This document shows, piece by piece, positions 46,707 through 54,419 of a DNA stretch of 64,000 nt. The stretch lies in sequence record OL631479.1; one strand, 5' to 3'. The notes below the pieces were generated by a model. It had not been told where the DNA came from, did no database searches, and was given only the letters and a program-made list of their open reading frames with translations. Positions within the stretch are counted from its first letter, which is position 1. Each line of letters starts with the position of its first letter. This DNA is from Escherichia phage ECML-10. The translations under genes and the position numbers were made by a program.

Positions 46707-46797
46707 TGTGTCTATCCTCTTTCTGCTACGTTTAAGGCGGCGGTAACCGCCTGTTTATGTTTTGTTGGTTAATTTTCGGGTATCGGTATAAATTAAA

Positions 46798-47031
46798 CTA
46801 TGCTGTACGCTCAACTATAACAACGGCTTGAGGGATCTCACCTTCAACCACTATCAAGGCTTTTTTCTGCGTGATAGATATCTTTACCCGCTTCAGTGTG
46901 GCGGTAAAATCTTTCATTTCGTCACGTGGTGTTTTAGTGCAATGCCAGATCTCGGGCTTGCCGATCTGTAAGCTGCGCAAGAATTCCGTTTTACCTGTTT
47001 TATTCGTGATCATTTGATTCACCTTATCCAA
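46798..47031 (-). CDS. hypothetical protein
   Basis: ORF track; alternative ATG at 47013. Confidence 0.45.
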   Translation of the reverse strand: MDKVNQMITNKTGKTEFLRSLQIGKPEIWHCTKTPRDEMKDFTATLKRVKISITQKKALIVVEGEIPQAVVIVERTA

Positions 47032-47180
47032 TACCGTGGGAAGATAGGATCATGTTAGCCATAGTTGCAACCACTCCAACCGATAATGCCAGGCCAACTA
47101 CTACAACCGTGAAAATTTTATCTAACATGATTCTACCCTCATTAATGGGCGTTGCCTTATTGCCCCGCCCTACGAAATAC

Positions 47181-47208
47181 ATTCTACCTGATTTACAATT
47201 GTTGTCAA
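47181..47208 (-). promoter_or_regulatory. sigma70-type promoter on minus strand (TTGACA-16-TAGAAT)
   Basis: Plus-strand tgtcaa at 47203-47208 and attcta at 47181-47186. Confidence 0.45.
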
Positions 47209-47214
47209 ACTATT

Positions 47215-47394
47215 TTAACGATAATCATCATATGCTTTATTGACCTGGCGAATATAACATTCAAAAGCTAGATCAATAGATTTATATTCACGGATATATT
47301 CACCATAGGAAACCACATACATTTCTATAGCTTCCTCATATGCGAGGAGAATAGAATCTAAGCCTACGATCTCAGTCTTTGCAATAATAGCCAT
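47215..47394 (-). CDS. hypothetical protein (59 aa)
   Basis: SD GAGGA before ATG 47394; just below track size cutoff. Confidence 0.4.
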   Translation of the reverse strand: MAIIAKTEIVGLDSILLAYEEAIEMYVVSYGEYIREYKSIDLAFECYIRQVNKAYDDYR

Positions 47395-47470
47395 GATTTT
47401 TATCCTCTTTGTGGTTGGTGGGGCTTGTTGCCCCCATTTGATTTATATATTACAGTCTTATATGGTCATG

Positions 47471-47704
47471 TCAACTATTTTCAAAAAATTTTTCTGCTGT
47501 GATATTTTTCCCGGTAGGGTTCGCTACTTTTAAAATTCTATCATGCACCGGACGCCCGAAAGAATAAGATCCGTATACAGTAAACCAATAATTGCCGTCA
47601 GGCTGTACTATTACCGTCGCATATGGTACGCCTTTTTCGTTTTTGCTGACAAAATAGATCACATTGCCATTAATAGCCTCGGCGCGTTTAATTTGTTCCA
47701 TCAT
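47471..47704 (-). CDS. hypothetical protein (77 aa)
   Basis: SD AGGTGA; 5' leader hairpin GGGGCC-GAAAA-GGCCCC upstream. Confidence 0.55.
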   Translation of the reverse strand: MMEQIKRAEAINGNVIYFVSKNEKGVPYATVIVQPDGNYWFTVYGSYSFGRPVHDRILKVANPTGKNITAEKFFENS

Positions 47705-47767
47705 GATGATTCACCTATCTTTATTTTTTCATAGTTTCAGGAGGGGGCCTTTTCGGCCCCGCCAGGT

Positions 47768-48052
47768 TTATTTATTGATAGCGTGCAGCGGGAAAGGTAC
47801 GCCAGGTTGATAGATAACCTTTACAACCTCATCAGGACAAAAGAAATTGCAGAACTCACCGCAATAGGCCTCATCCTCTTTCAACTCTTCATCAACATAC
47901 TCAAAAAAGTAGTCGATGCTTGGATAATCTTGACCAGGGTTATAATCAACCATAGTGAGGACCAGTTCAAGATCATTGCGGATGATATGCATACCAGCTT
48001 TTAAATACTTCGCTTCCATTTTTACTACATCGCCAGCGGTAACAATAGCCAT
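47768..48052 (-). CDS. hypothetical protein
   Basis: Start moved to ATG 48052 (SD AGGAG). Confidence 0.5.
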   Translation of the reverse strand: MAIVTAGDVVKMEAKYLKAGMHIIRNDLELVLTMVDYNPGQDYPSIDYFFEYVDEELKEDEAYCGEFCNFFCPDEVVKVIYQPGVPFPLHAINK

Positions 48053-48184
48053 GGTTTTAACTCCTGTTTCTGTTAATGATTGGAGGCATAACCCCCCTCG
48101 ACAACTCTTATTATCCATATTGTAGGGCTTGATGCAAGTACTTCTTTAAAAAATTTTTAAGTGCCTTGGAGGCCGCTGTAACGC

Positions 48185-48219
48185 CAAAATAATAAAGGCC
48201 ATGCAACCGCATAGCCTTT
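48185..48219 (-). terminator. possible terminator hairpin
   Basis: AAAGGCCATGC-AACC-GCATAGCCTTT (one mismatch); minus-strand reading followed by ATTATTTTGG. Confidence 0.4.
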
Positions 48220-48277
48220 ATGTGATTATATCGCTGCAGGCCCTGCTAGGGGCCTTATTTTGCATCATTTGCCGGAA

Positions 48278-48586
48278 CTATACAGAGAAAACATCGTTCA
48301 CAATAGCGATCACAATGCCGCCCACCTTGTCACGGTCAACAATGCACAAATCACCATAGATCATGTGGTAGTCTGGATGATCTTTCACGGAATAGTCAAT
48401 GAGCGTTTTCTTGTCGTCCAGCTTTGTAACTTCCATTCTCATAACGATATGAGAATCATCAAAGGCATTATTCCGAAAAGTCATAGCCTGACCACCATGG
48501 CACCCAGTGATCTCCACTTCCACACCGTCTACGATCTGACCATTAAAGAAATAAAGATTATTAGCCAGGATAAACATGTTTATCAC
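48278..48586 (-). CDS. hypothetical protein (102 aa)
   Basis: SD AAGGAG before ATG 48586. Confidence 0.55.
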   Translation of the reverse strand: MINMFILANNLYFFNGQIVDGVEVEITGCHGGQAMTFRNNAFDDSHIVMRMEVTKLDDKKTLIDYSVKDHPDYHMIYGDLCIVDRDKVGGIVIAIVNDVFSV

Positions 48587-48635
48587 TCCTTGTTAACTGC
48601 GTGTTATTTTTACCACGATTAAAATTTACTTTACT

Positions 48636-48659
48636 GATGGCCCTGGCGTCAAGGCCATC
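48636..48659. repeat. conserved stop-codon-adjacent stem-loop element, copy 1 (GATGGCC-N10-GGCCATC)
   Basis: Element tttactttactGATGGCCctggcgtcaaGGCCATCtaaaaataaattta; core ends 12 nt before stop of 48671..48871. Confidence 0.6.
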
Positions 48660-48670
48660 TAAAAATAAAT

Positions 48671-48871
48671 TTACAGGCCTACAATCTCTTTGATTCGTTT
48701 AACTGCTGCCTCAGCGCCTTGGGGGTAGAAATTATGGTAACCGATCACGCGAGTGATACTAATTGCAGTTTGATGATCTTCATAATAGCCCTTGAAGATT
48801 TCTTGACCGTCAATCAGCACGGCAATTTTTTCTTCTTTTTTGAAGTTAATAACGCGGATATTGTTGCTCAT
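48671..48871 (-). CDS. hypothetical protein (66 aa)
   Basis: SD AAAGGAGAAA before ATG 48871. Confidence 0.55.
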   Translation of the reverse strand: MSNNIRVINFKKEEKIAVLIDGQEIFKGYYEDHQTAISITRVIGYHNFYPQGAEAAVKRIKEIVGL

Positions 48872-48974
48872 TTTGTTTCTCCTTTCTGGTTTTTGTGTTG
48901 GTGGGGATTAGCTCCCCGTTGATTATTATTATCCATATTTCGGACCGGATTGCAACACCCCGGAAGAAAAATTT

Positions 48975-49008
48975 TTTGAAAAAGTTAGGCCCCCAGGGAT
49001 CGGGGGCC
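48975..49008 (-). terminator. rho-independent terminator
   Basis: GGCCCCC-AGGGATC-GGGGGCC; minus-strand reading followed by TAACTTTTTCAAAAAATTTTTC. Confidence 0.55.
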
Positions 49009-49012
49009 GTTA

Positions 49013-49132
49013 TCAGTTACTTACAGCGATAAAATACATCCCTACGCCTAACAATATTTCAAGGGCGATGATCTCAAGCCATACCATAACCCGGCGCACC
49101 TTATCGGTGCGGGGCTTATCCTTGGTTGTCAT
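49013..49132 (-). CDS. 39-aa membrane micro-protein
   Basis: SD AAAGGGGGAGA before ATG 49132; hydrophobic VMVWLEIIALEILLGVGMYFIAV; below track cutoff. Confidence 0.4.
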   Translation of the reverse strand: MTTKDKPRTDKVRRVMVWLEIIALEILLGVGMYFIAVSN

Positions 49133-49374
49133 CGTCTCCCCCTTTCATCCTGGTAGTAGTGACGTGGTTTACAATGGCCCCCAGGAGTACCATCACCACG
49201 CACATCACAAGAAAAATTATCTCTGTCGTTGTTCGATCCATTGTTATAAAATTCCTTAAGATCAGGCCTGAAAATAAAGCGTTCGTTATTGAATCCATCA
49301 CGCCAGGCGGCTGGCTTCAAATCTTCATCAAAGGGATTAATTAACGTGGTATTATTTAAACGGCTGGCCCACAT
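49129..49374 (-). CDS. hypothetical protein
   Basis: Start moved to ATG 49374 (SD GAGAGGAA). Confidence 0.45.
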   Translation of the reverse strand: MWASRLNNTTLINPFDEDLKPAAWRDGFNNERFIFRPDLKEFYNNGSNNDRDNFSCDVRGDGTPGGHCKPRHYYQDERGRR

Positions 49375-49723
49375 ATTTTCTATTCCTCTCAAATAGGCGA
49401 TCCGCCTCAGTTAAACAAATCTCATGGGCGTGATCTCTGGTTTTAGCTTCATCGAAAACCTGTTGTGCAAGGCTGCAGCGTAGGGAGACTGGAAGATCAC
49501 TATAATAGGCGTTGACAAATGTTTGCGCGTCATACAGGTCGGAAAATACTTTACCCTTTCTATTATCGCCTTTGTCAACAATTGCAAGGATAACAAGTAC
49601 AATAGTTGCAACCACCCCCAGGAAAATAGATATAATAAACCATAAAAAGGCGGATCTACCCATCTTGCCAGCGATCCAGGCGTTAAACAAGGCAACTAAT
49701 ACGGCCAAAATAATAAATTCCAT
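49352..49723 (-). CDS. membrane protein (2 N-terminal TM helices)
   Basis: Start moved to ATG 49723 (SD AAAGAGGT); MEFIILAVLVALFNAWIAG and FLWFIISIFLGVVATIVLVILAIV. Confidence 0.5.
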   Translation of the reverse strand: MEFIILAVLVALFNAWIAGKMGRSAFLWFIISIFLGVVATIVLVILAIVDKGDNRKGKVFSDLYDAQTFVNAYYSDLPVSLRCSLAQQVFDEAKTRDHAHEICLTEADRLFERNRKYVGQPFK

Positions 49724-49787
49724 TCTATGTACCTCTTTTGCAGTTCTGTTTAACAATAAGGCGGCAAATATGCCGCCTGTTACCTGA

Positions 49788-50168
49788 TTAAAAATTATCG
49801 CCGTAAATCTTTCCGCTTTCTGCCCACACCACCACGCGGGGCATACTATCCCACACGTCTTGTTTTAGATTGAGCGCGTGCAATTCTTCGGTGGTGCCCA
49901 TACCAGGCACGGGCTGATTGTATACTGCAAAACGACCACCTGCATAATCATAGGCCAGGGTTAAATCACACTGAATCATCTTTTTGATCATGGCGTTGAG
50001 CATAGCGTTAGCCGCATACTGGTCACGTTTTAAAGGCAACTCTTTGATTAGTTTGCGATAGTTTTCAATGTGATCGCACACTGTTTCACGTGGAAGATCT
50101 TTCATATCCTCGCGAAAGGTAACCAGGTTAAACATAACGGTGTCAATAGCTTTAGTAGTGTTTTTCAT
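49788..50168 (-). CDS. hypothetical protein (126 aa)
   Basis: SD AAAGAGGAAAAC before ATG 50168. Confidence 0.55.
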   Translation of the reverse strand: MKNTTKAIDTVMFNLVTFREDMKDLPRETVCDHIENYRKLIKELPLKRDQYAANAMLNAMIKKMIQCDLTLAYDYAGGRFAVYNQPVPGMGTTEELHALNLKQDVWDSMPRVVVWAESGKIYGDNF

Positions 50169-50482
50169 AATGTTTTCCTCTTTGTTTTGTGTGGGGCAAA
50201 CGTCTTGCCCCCCTTGAGTTTTAATATAGCAAGTTTTTAGATTATTGCAACACTTTATTTATGAAAAACTCATCTCTCCATATTCATCCACATCAAACCG
50301 CCAATCATTGGCCTCAATAAGGCCGATCAGGTTTTCGGTAGTGAACTGTTCTAGATAGGCCTCCTCCAGGTCTACGTAAACCTTGCGGGATAGCTCCCGT
50401 ACCGTCTCGGTGATCAGCTCTTCCAGGTCTTCCACTTTGTTTTCTTTGTTAGTGGCGGGAAGTTTTCCCGTTTACATGCTTA

Positions 50483-50510
50483 AGTATACTTATCGAGATT
50501 TACTTGTCAA
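50483..50510 (-). promoter_or_regulatory. minus-strand promoter (TTGACA-16-TATACT) with downstream GGGAAAACTTCCC hairpin
   Basis: Plus-strand tgtcaa at 50505-50510, agtata at 50483-50488; hairpin at 50457-50469. Confidence 0.5.
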
Positions 50511-50760
50511 CACTATTTTTTAAATTATTGTGGCGCAAAATGTTTAAAATCTCTTCAACGTCATCAACACGGCGGCAATTTTTAAACGCTACCAATTGCC
50601 CCAAGATTTTGATCACTGGGCGGCCTTGCCAGTGCCCCTGGAGAAAGCGCGCTTTAACTTTATCGGTGGAACTATCACGCCACCAAACTGCTTTATTATT
50701 GCAGTAGTAAAAATTATTCAGGACAACATCAACTTTATCAAAATTTTTTAATTTACGCAT
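50500..50760 (-). CDS. hypothetical protein (86 aa)
   Basis: SD AGGAAGGAG before ATG 50760. Confidence 0.55.
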   Translation of the reverse strand: MRKLKNFDKVDVVLNNFYYCNNKAVWWRDSSTDKVKARFLQGHWQGRPVIKILGQLVAFKNCRRVDDVEEILNILRHNNLKNSVDK

Positions 50761-50795
50761 GGCGTTTACTCCTTCCTTCTTGCTTTGATGTGGTT

Positions 50796-50824
50796 AGTAT
50801 ATCCGGACTGTTCCAAGGTGTCAA
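50796..50824 (-). promoter_or_regulatory. minus-strand promoter (TTGACA-17-TATACT)
   Basis: Plus-strand tgtcaa at 50819-50824, agtata at 50796-50801. Confidence 0.5.
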
Positions 50825-50969
50825 TCTTTAAATAAAATCACTGTTAATGATATTTTTAACACCATAAAACGGCCCTAGGTGATGTTTTCAGGTCAATAAA
50901 GGGGATTGCATAGGTAGGGGCTTTTGTGGCGTTTGTGGGGCCAACCAGGGGCGCTATTCGTAGGATAGA

Positions 50970-50999
50970 AATAAAAAGCCCCGCACAATGGCGGGGCGT
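50970..50999 (-). terminator. rho-independent terminator
   Basis: GCCCCGC-ACAATG-GCGGGGC; minus-strand reading followed by TTTTTATTTC. Confidence 0.6.
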
Positions 51000-51005
51000 T
51001 GGTTG

Positions 51006-51203
51006 CTATTTGTCTTTATGGCGGTACCGTTCCGCCTGTCGTTCACGTTCCAAAAGCAGGCCCGGCAGTTTACGATCATAATGATTCCGCCAGATCTTCC
51101 CAAATCTTTTTGGCTTATTTAGTTTATTGTTACGCTGGCGGCGTTCCGGCAGCTCTTCGGAATCATGAGATCGCTTTACAATCTTTTCAAAATTAATCTT
51201 CAT
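51006..51203 (-). CDS. small basic protein
   Basis: Start moved to ATG 51203 (SD AAGGGGGG); Arg/Lys-rich. Confidence 0.5.
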   Translation of the reverse strand: MKINFEKIVKRSHDSEELPERRQRNNKLNKPKRFGKIWRNHYDRKLPGLLLERERQAERYRHKDK

Positions 51204-51540
51204 ATATTCCCCCCTTGCTAACTTCAATATTGGCCTGAATAGCCCGGATACGGCGCTTTATAACTTCCTGATCTGTGTGATCGTATCCCCAAAAGTCTAC
51301 AATTTTTGCGCCCCCCGCTTCCAGGCGGTACAGTGTTTCCTGCATTTTGTAAGCCGGGATCGGTCGCGGTGTTACTTGGTCACCTTCTTTATTTTTATAC
51401 TTTATAATATAATCTTCATTATCGTTGAATGTCCAAAATGGATATTCTGCAAGGGCGGTACTTTCCTTTTTATCCTGGATCTTGTTTACAATTAAAGCCG
51501 TAGCAATAGCGCCAATAATAAAACTAGCCCCGCTGATCAT
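51193..51540 (-). CDS. membrane-anchored protein
   Basis: Start moved to ATG 51540 (SD AAAGGAGA); MISGASFIIGAIATALIV. Confidence 0.5.
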   Translation of the reverse strand: MISGASFIIGAIATALIVNKIQDKKESTALAEYPFWTFNDNEDYIIKYKNKEGDQVTPRPIPAYKMQETLYRLEAGGAKIVDFWGYDHTDQEVIKRRIRAIQANIEVSKGGIYED

Positions 51541-51615
51541 GTACTTTCTCCTTTCATTGTGTTGATAAACTATCTTTATAGATGGCCCTGCTACCAGGAC
51601 CACCGAAAAACCAGC

Positions 51616-51861
51616 TTATTTGACGATACCGACAAAACAGATCCCGCCTTCCCCTATATAGGCAATATCGGTAATTTGATAATTTGTCAAGATCCGCGTG
51701 TTCAGATCATTAATAAAATCGGTCATCGCGTTGGTGTAGTTGTCTTCCGTGTCTAAGGCATAATCCCAGGTGTAAACCTTTTTACGTCCGAAGCCTTTTA
51801 CCATGATACGGGCGCTTTTGGTGTTGGTAGGGGCATAATATTTGGTGATTAGTGCTGCCAT
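51616..51861 (-). CDS. hypothetical protein (81 aa)
   Basis: SD AGGAG before ATG 51861. Confidence 0.55.
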   Translation of the reverse strand: MAALITKYYAPTNTKSARIMVKGFGRKKVYTWDYALDTEDNYTNAMTDFINDLNTRILTNYQITDIAYIGEGGICFVGIVK

Positions 51862-51915
51862 GGTTTTAACTCCTATGCATTAGTTCAGTGTTAACAGTAT
51901 AACGTTTACTTTATT

Positions 51916-51939
51916 GATGGCCCTGGAGTCAAGGCCATC
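51916..51939. repeat. conserved stop-codon-adjacent stem-loop element, copy 2
   Basis: tttactttattGATGGCCctggagtcaaGGCCATCtaaaaataaattta; core ends 12 nt before stop of 51951..52292. Confidence 0.6.
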
Positions 51940-51950
51940 TAAAAATAAAT

Positions 51951-52292
51951 TTACTCGTTTTCTTCCAGTTCTGCAAGCTCTTCTTTCACTTCTTCAAGCT
52001 CTGTATGCAATTCCTGGTATTCTTCATCGTCCTCAATATCCAGGCTGTCGATGTAGTCGCTAAATCCGCAGCGGTAAGCGATAGGATCTAGCTCCTTGAG
52101 GATACGCGACGGAAGAAAAGAAATGTTTCCGATCATAATTTCGCCGTAGATCTCGTCTAACCATTCATCATAGTTTTCGTCGTACTTGTCCTCGTCGATT
52201 TCAAAGTTATCGATCTTGTTCTCAAGGTCTGCGATCTGTTTTTTCAGCGCGGCGATCTGCATAGCTTTTTCTGCGGCGGTCATAGTAGTCAT
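51951..52292 (-). CDS. hypothetical acidic protein, predicted coiled coil
   Basis: SD AAAAGGAGAAAA before ATG 52292. Confidence 0.55.
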   Translation of the reverse strand: MTTMTAAEKAMQIAALKKQIADLENKIDNFEIDEDKYDENYDEWLDEIYGEIMIGNISFLPSRILKELDPIAYRCGFSDYIDSLDIEDDEEYQELHTELEEVKEELAELEENE

Positions 52293-52343
52293 AGTGTTTT
52301 CTCCTTTTGTGTGCTCTGGGAAGTTTTCCCGTTTACGTGTTTA

Positions 52344-52371
52344 AGTATATCGATCTAAGTTAGTTTGTCAA
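52344..52371 (-). promoter_or_regulatory. minus-strand promoter (TTGACA-16-TATACT) with downstream GGGAAAACTTCCC hairpin
   Basis: Plus-strand tgtcaa at 52366-52371, agtata at 52344-52349; hairpin at 52317-52330. Confidence 0.5.
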
Positions 52372-52491
52372 TTAAAAATTTAAGAAAAATTTTGCAAAAC
52401 TGTTAGCGCTACTCATTAACATTTGCGCCAGGATGTAACCGACAACGCAAACGATAATAGTTATCTTTGTGTATTGGCGTGTAGTGCTCAT
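52369..52491 (-). CDS. 40-aa hydrophobic micro-protein
   Basis: SD AAAGGGGG before ATG 52491; below track cutoff. Confidence 0.35.
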
Positions 52492-52536
52492 CTTAAAGCC
52501 CCCTTTTTCGCTTAGTTGAGATTAGTTTACTTTATT

Positions 52537-52560
52537 GAAGGCCCTGGAGTCAAGGCCATC
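52537..52560. repeat. conserved stop-codon-adjacent stem-loop element, copy 3 (one mismatch in stem)
   Basis: tttactttattGAAGGCCctggagtcaaGGCCATCtaaaaataaactta; core ends 12 nt before stop of 52572..52976. Confidence 0.55.
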
Positions 52561-52571
52561 TAAAAATAAAC

Positions 52572-52976
52572 TTAGTAAGTTTTCAGTACTTTACCGTCCA
52601 ACCTGTCAAGCTGGATCTCGATAGCTGCAGAAAACCTATTGTAAACCACATCGCCCATAGAATCCAACCAGTCTATGACATTATACACTTGCTCTTTGTT
52701 CTTGCAGGTCCGGATCCGTTTCATGATGTAAGCCGGATCAATATTGGTACTCTCGTTGGTGTTCCCCTGTACCTGGTTTGCCGTATTAGTTACATCTTTA
52801 ATGGCCTTTACCACCACCTGGAATGGCTTTAAGGTGCCTTTTGCGTTCATCTCACGCGCTTTTGCGGCGCGGTTGTTATATGTTACACAACGGCGGCAAA
52901 TGTTGACCAAATGCATGTCAATAATTTTTTCATCGTTTGCCAGTTCGTTCATGATGCGGCGTACGTTCTTATTCAT
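52572..52976 (-). CDS. hypothetical protein (134 aa)
   Basis: SD AGAGGAAAAG before ATG 52976. Confidence 0.55.
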   Translation of the reverse strand: MNKNVRRIMNELANDEKIIDMHLVNICRRCVTYNNRAAKAREMNAKGTLKPFQVVVKAIKDVTNTANQVQGNTNESTNIDPAYIMKRIRTCKNKEQVYNVIDWLDSMGDVVYNRFSAAIEIQLDRLDGKVLKTY

Positions 52977-53055
52977 AGCTTTTCCTCTGTGTTGGCGGGA
53001 TGTTCCCCGCCTTTTGTGTCTAGTTTACTTAAATTTTGCAGCGTGTCAATGATTT

Positions 53056-53454
53056 TTATTCGTGGGCGCATGTTACAATGTGCTTTTTATAGCCTAGGTG
53101 GTCAGCAAGTGCCGACAAAAACTCTTCTTCGTAGATCCAGCCGTCGGCAGTGATCCCCATAGCATTTAATGCGCTCTCAAGTGCTGCGTTAGCTTTATCA
53201 TAACCGTGACCGCCCGCCTTGCCGCCAGTATAGCCGTACTTATTGTTCTTGTTGTCGTGTATCCAAAAAACGCAGTAGTGAGTGTTCCCGCTGGCGGCGG
53301 CATAATACCGGATCTCAGCTACTTCGTGCAAATTATTGTCATCGTCCAGGCCCACCAGATTATAAGCCTTGTAAAATCCACGATCACGGCGGCAGTTCTT
53401 GACATCAGAAAAAGAAAAGTCCGCATTATCAAAATTAAAGGTAGTGGTTTTCAT
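53056..53454 (-). CDS. hypothetical protein (132 aa)
   Basis: SD AAGAGGA before ATG 53454. Confidence 0.55.
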   Translation of the reverse strand: MKTTTFNFDNADFSFSDVKNCRRDRGFYKAYNLVGLDDDNNLHEVAEIRYYAAASGNTHYCVFWIHDNKNNKYGYTGGKAGGHGYDKANAALESALNAMGITADGWIYEEEFLSALADHLGYKKHIVTCAHE

Positions 53455-53486
53455 GATTTTATCCTCTTAGTGTCTTTTGTGCTTTT

Positions 53487-53515
53487 AGTGTATTTTGTGT
53501 CAGGCCATATGTCAA
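53487..53515 (-). promoter_or_regulatory. minus-strand promoter (TTGACA-17-TACACT)
   Basis: Plus-strand tgtcaa at 53510-53515, agtgta at 53487-53492. Confidence 0.45.
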
Positions 53516-53518
53516 TAC

Positions 53519-53716
53519 TTATTTTTTATTAAACCAGTGGTTGATCTGGCCTTTTGTCAGGGCGCAACGATTAAGTTGGTGCCGGGTATAGCTCTGACCG
53601 CGACGGAATTTATAAAGGCCTTGCCCGTTGTTGATGGTTACGTCCACCTGGCAAACCATTTGATCGGTGACCACCTGGCGAGTGCTGCGACGTACTTTGA
53701 TTCCGTAGGCGTTCAT
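53519..53716 (-). CDS. hypothetical protein
   Basis: Start moved to ATG 53716 (SD GAGAGGA). Confidence 0.45.
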   Translation of the reverse strand: MNAYGIKVRRSTRQVVTDQMVCQVDVTINNGQGLYKFRRGQSYTRHQLNRCALTKGQINHWFNKK

Positions 53717-53795
53717 GATTTTTTTATCCTCTCTGTTAATTAGTGTGGTGTTGTTCACCTTGCGAGGATAAGAATAACAAGAACTGTCCGAGCTG

Positions 53796-53957
53796 TCAAC
53801 CATTAGTTAAAATTATTTTTGCCCCTGCCAGGTTAACCATCATTTTTTCGTACTCTTCTTTATGTTCCAACGCTCCCGCCATAGCCTTTTCAACCAGGGC
53901 GATAGCCTCAGCGTCATTAATAGCTACATTTTCCAGGGGGATTATATTACCTTTCAT
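53796..53957 (-). CDS. 53-aa hypothetical protein
   Basis: SD GGGGAGGT before ATG 53957; below track cutoff. Confidence 0.4.
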   Translation of the reverse strand: MKGNIIPLENVAINDAEAIALVEKAMAGALEHKEEYEKMMVNLAGAKIILTNG

Positions 53958-54149
53958 TTTTGTACCTCCCCTTCAATTGTTACCTATCCTATAGCATAGG
54001 CCCACCAGGTTTACAAGCCTTCATTCTCTCCTGCCTGGTCAGTTAGGTCCTGCCAGGCTGGCCCCGCCAGGTTGCAGCGGTTAGCGCATCAGGTTAGAAA
54101 AATTTTTTGAAAAGTGTTGACAGCGGCCCCGCCAGGTGGCACAATATAC

Positions 54150-54400
54150 CTATCGAAAGGACGGCAGGCACCGGTGACGGGGGAGACAACCACCGGGGAT
54201 GGGCGCTGCATAAAATGAGAACGGTTATCATTATCATTTAAAAATTTATGCAAAAAATCCTTGCTTTCTTTGTCCTGTGTGATACTATAATAACAAGCCG
54301 GGGCAACAGGGGCCGGGAGACAATCACCGGGCCTGCCCGTTATTCTGCAAACGAGAATGATTATCATTCAAAATTCTAAATGAGAACTCCTCGCATTTAA
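54150..54400. repeat. two copies of a duplicated noncoding unit carrying Fur-box-like palindromes
   Basis: GGGAGACAA(C/T)CACCGGG and ...GAGAA(C/T)G(G/A)TTATCATT... occur twice; GAATGATTATCATTC is a perfect 15-bp palindrome. Confidence 0.5.
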
Positions 54401-54419
54401 TAAATTTAATTAGCATGCT

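Noticed and set aside
48260-48622. Plus-strand 120-aa ORF
   Set aside because: Opposite the minus-strand gene 48278-48586, which has a strong SD and fits the block orientation
48636-48659. Stop-codon-adjacent stem-loops as rho-independent terminators
   Set aside because: The stem is not followed by a U-rich tract in either orientation; kept as an unexplained conserved element instead
54089-54367. Minus-strand 92-aa ORF
   Set aside because: Lies entirely within duplicated noncoding units and palindromes; Pro/Gly-rich low-complexity translation; no RBS
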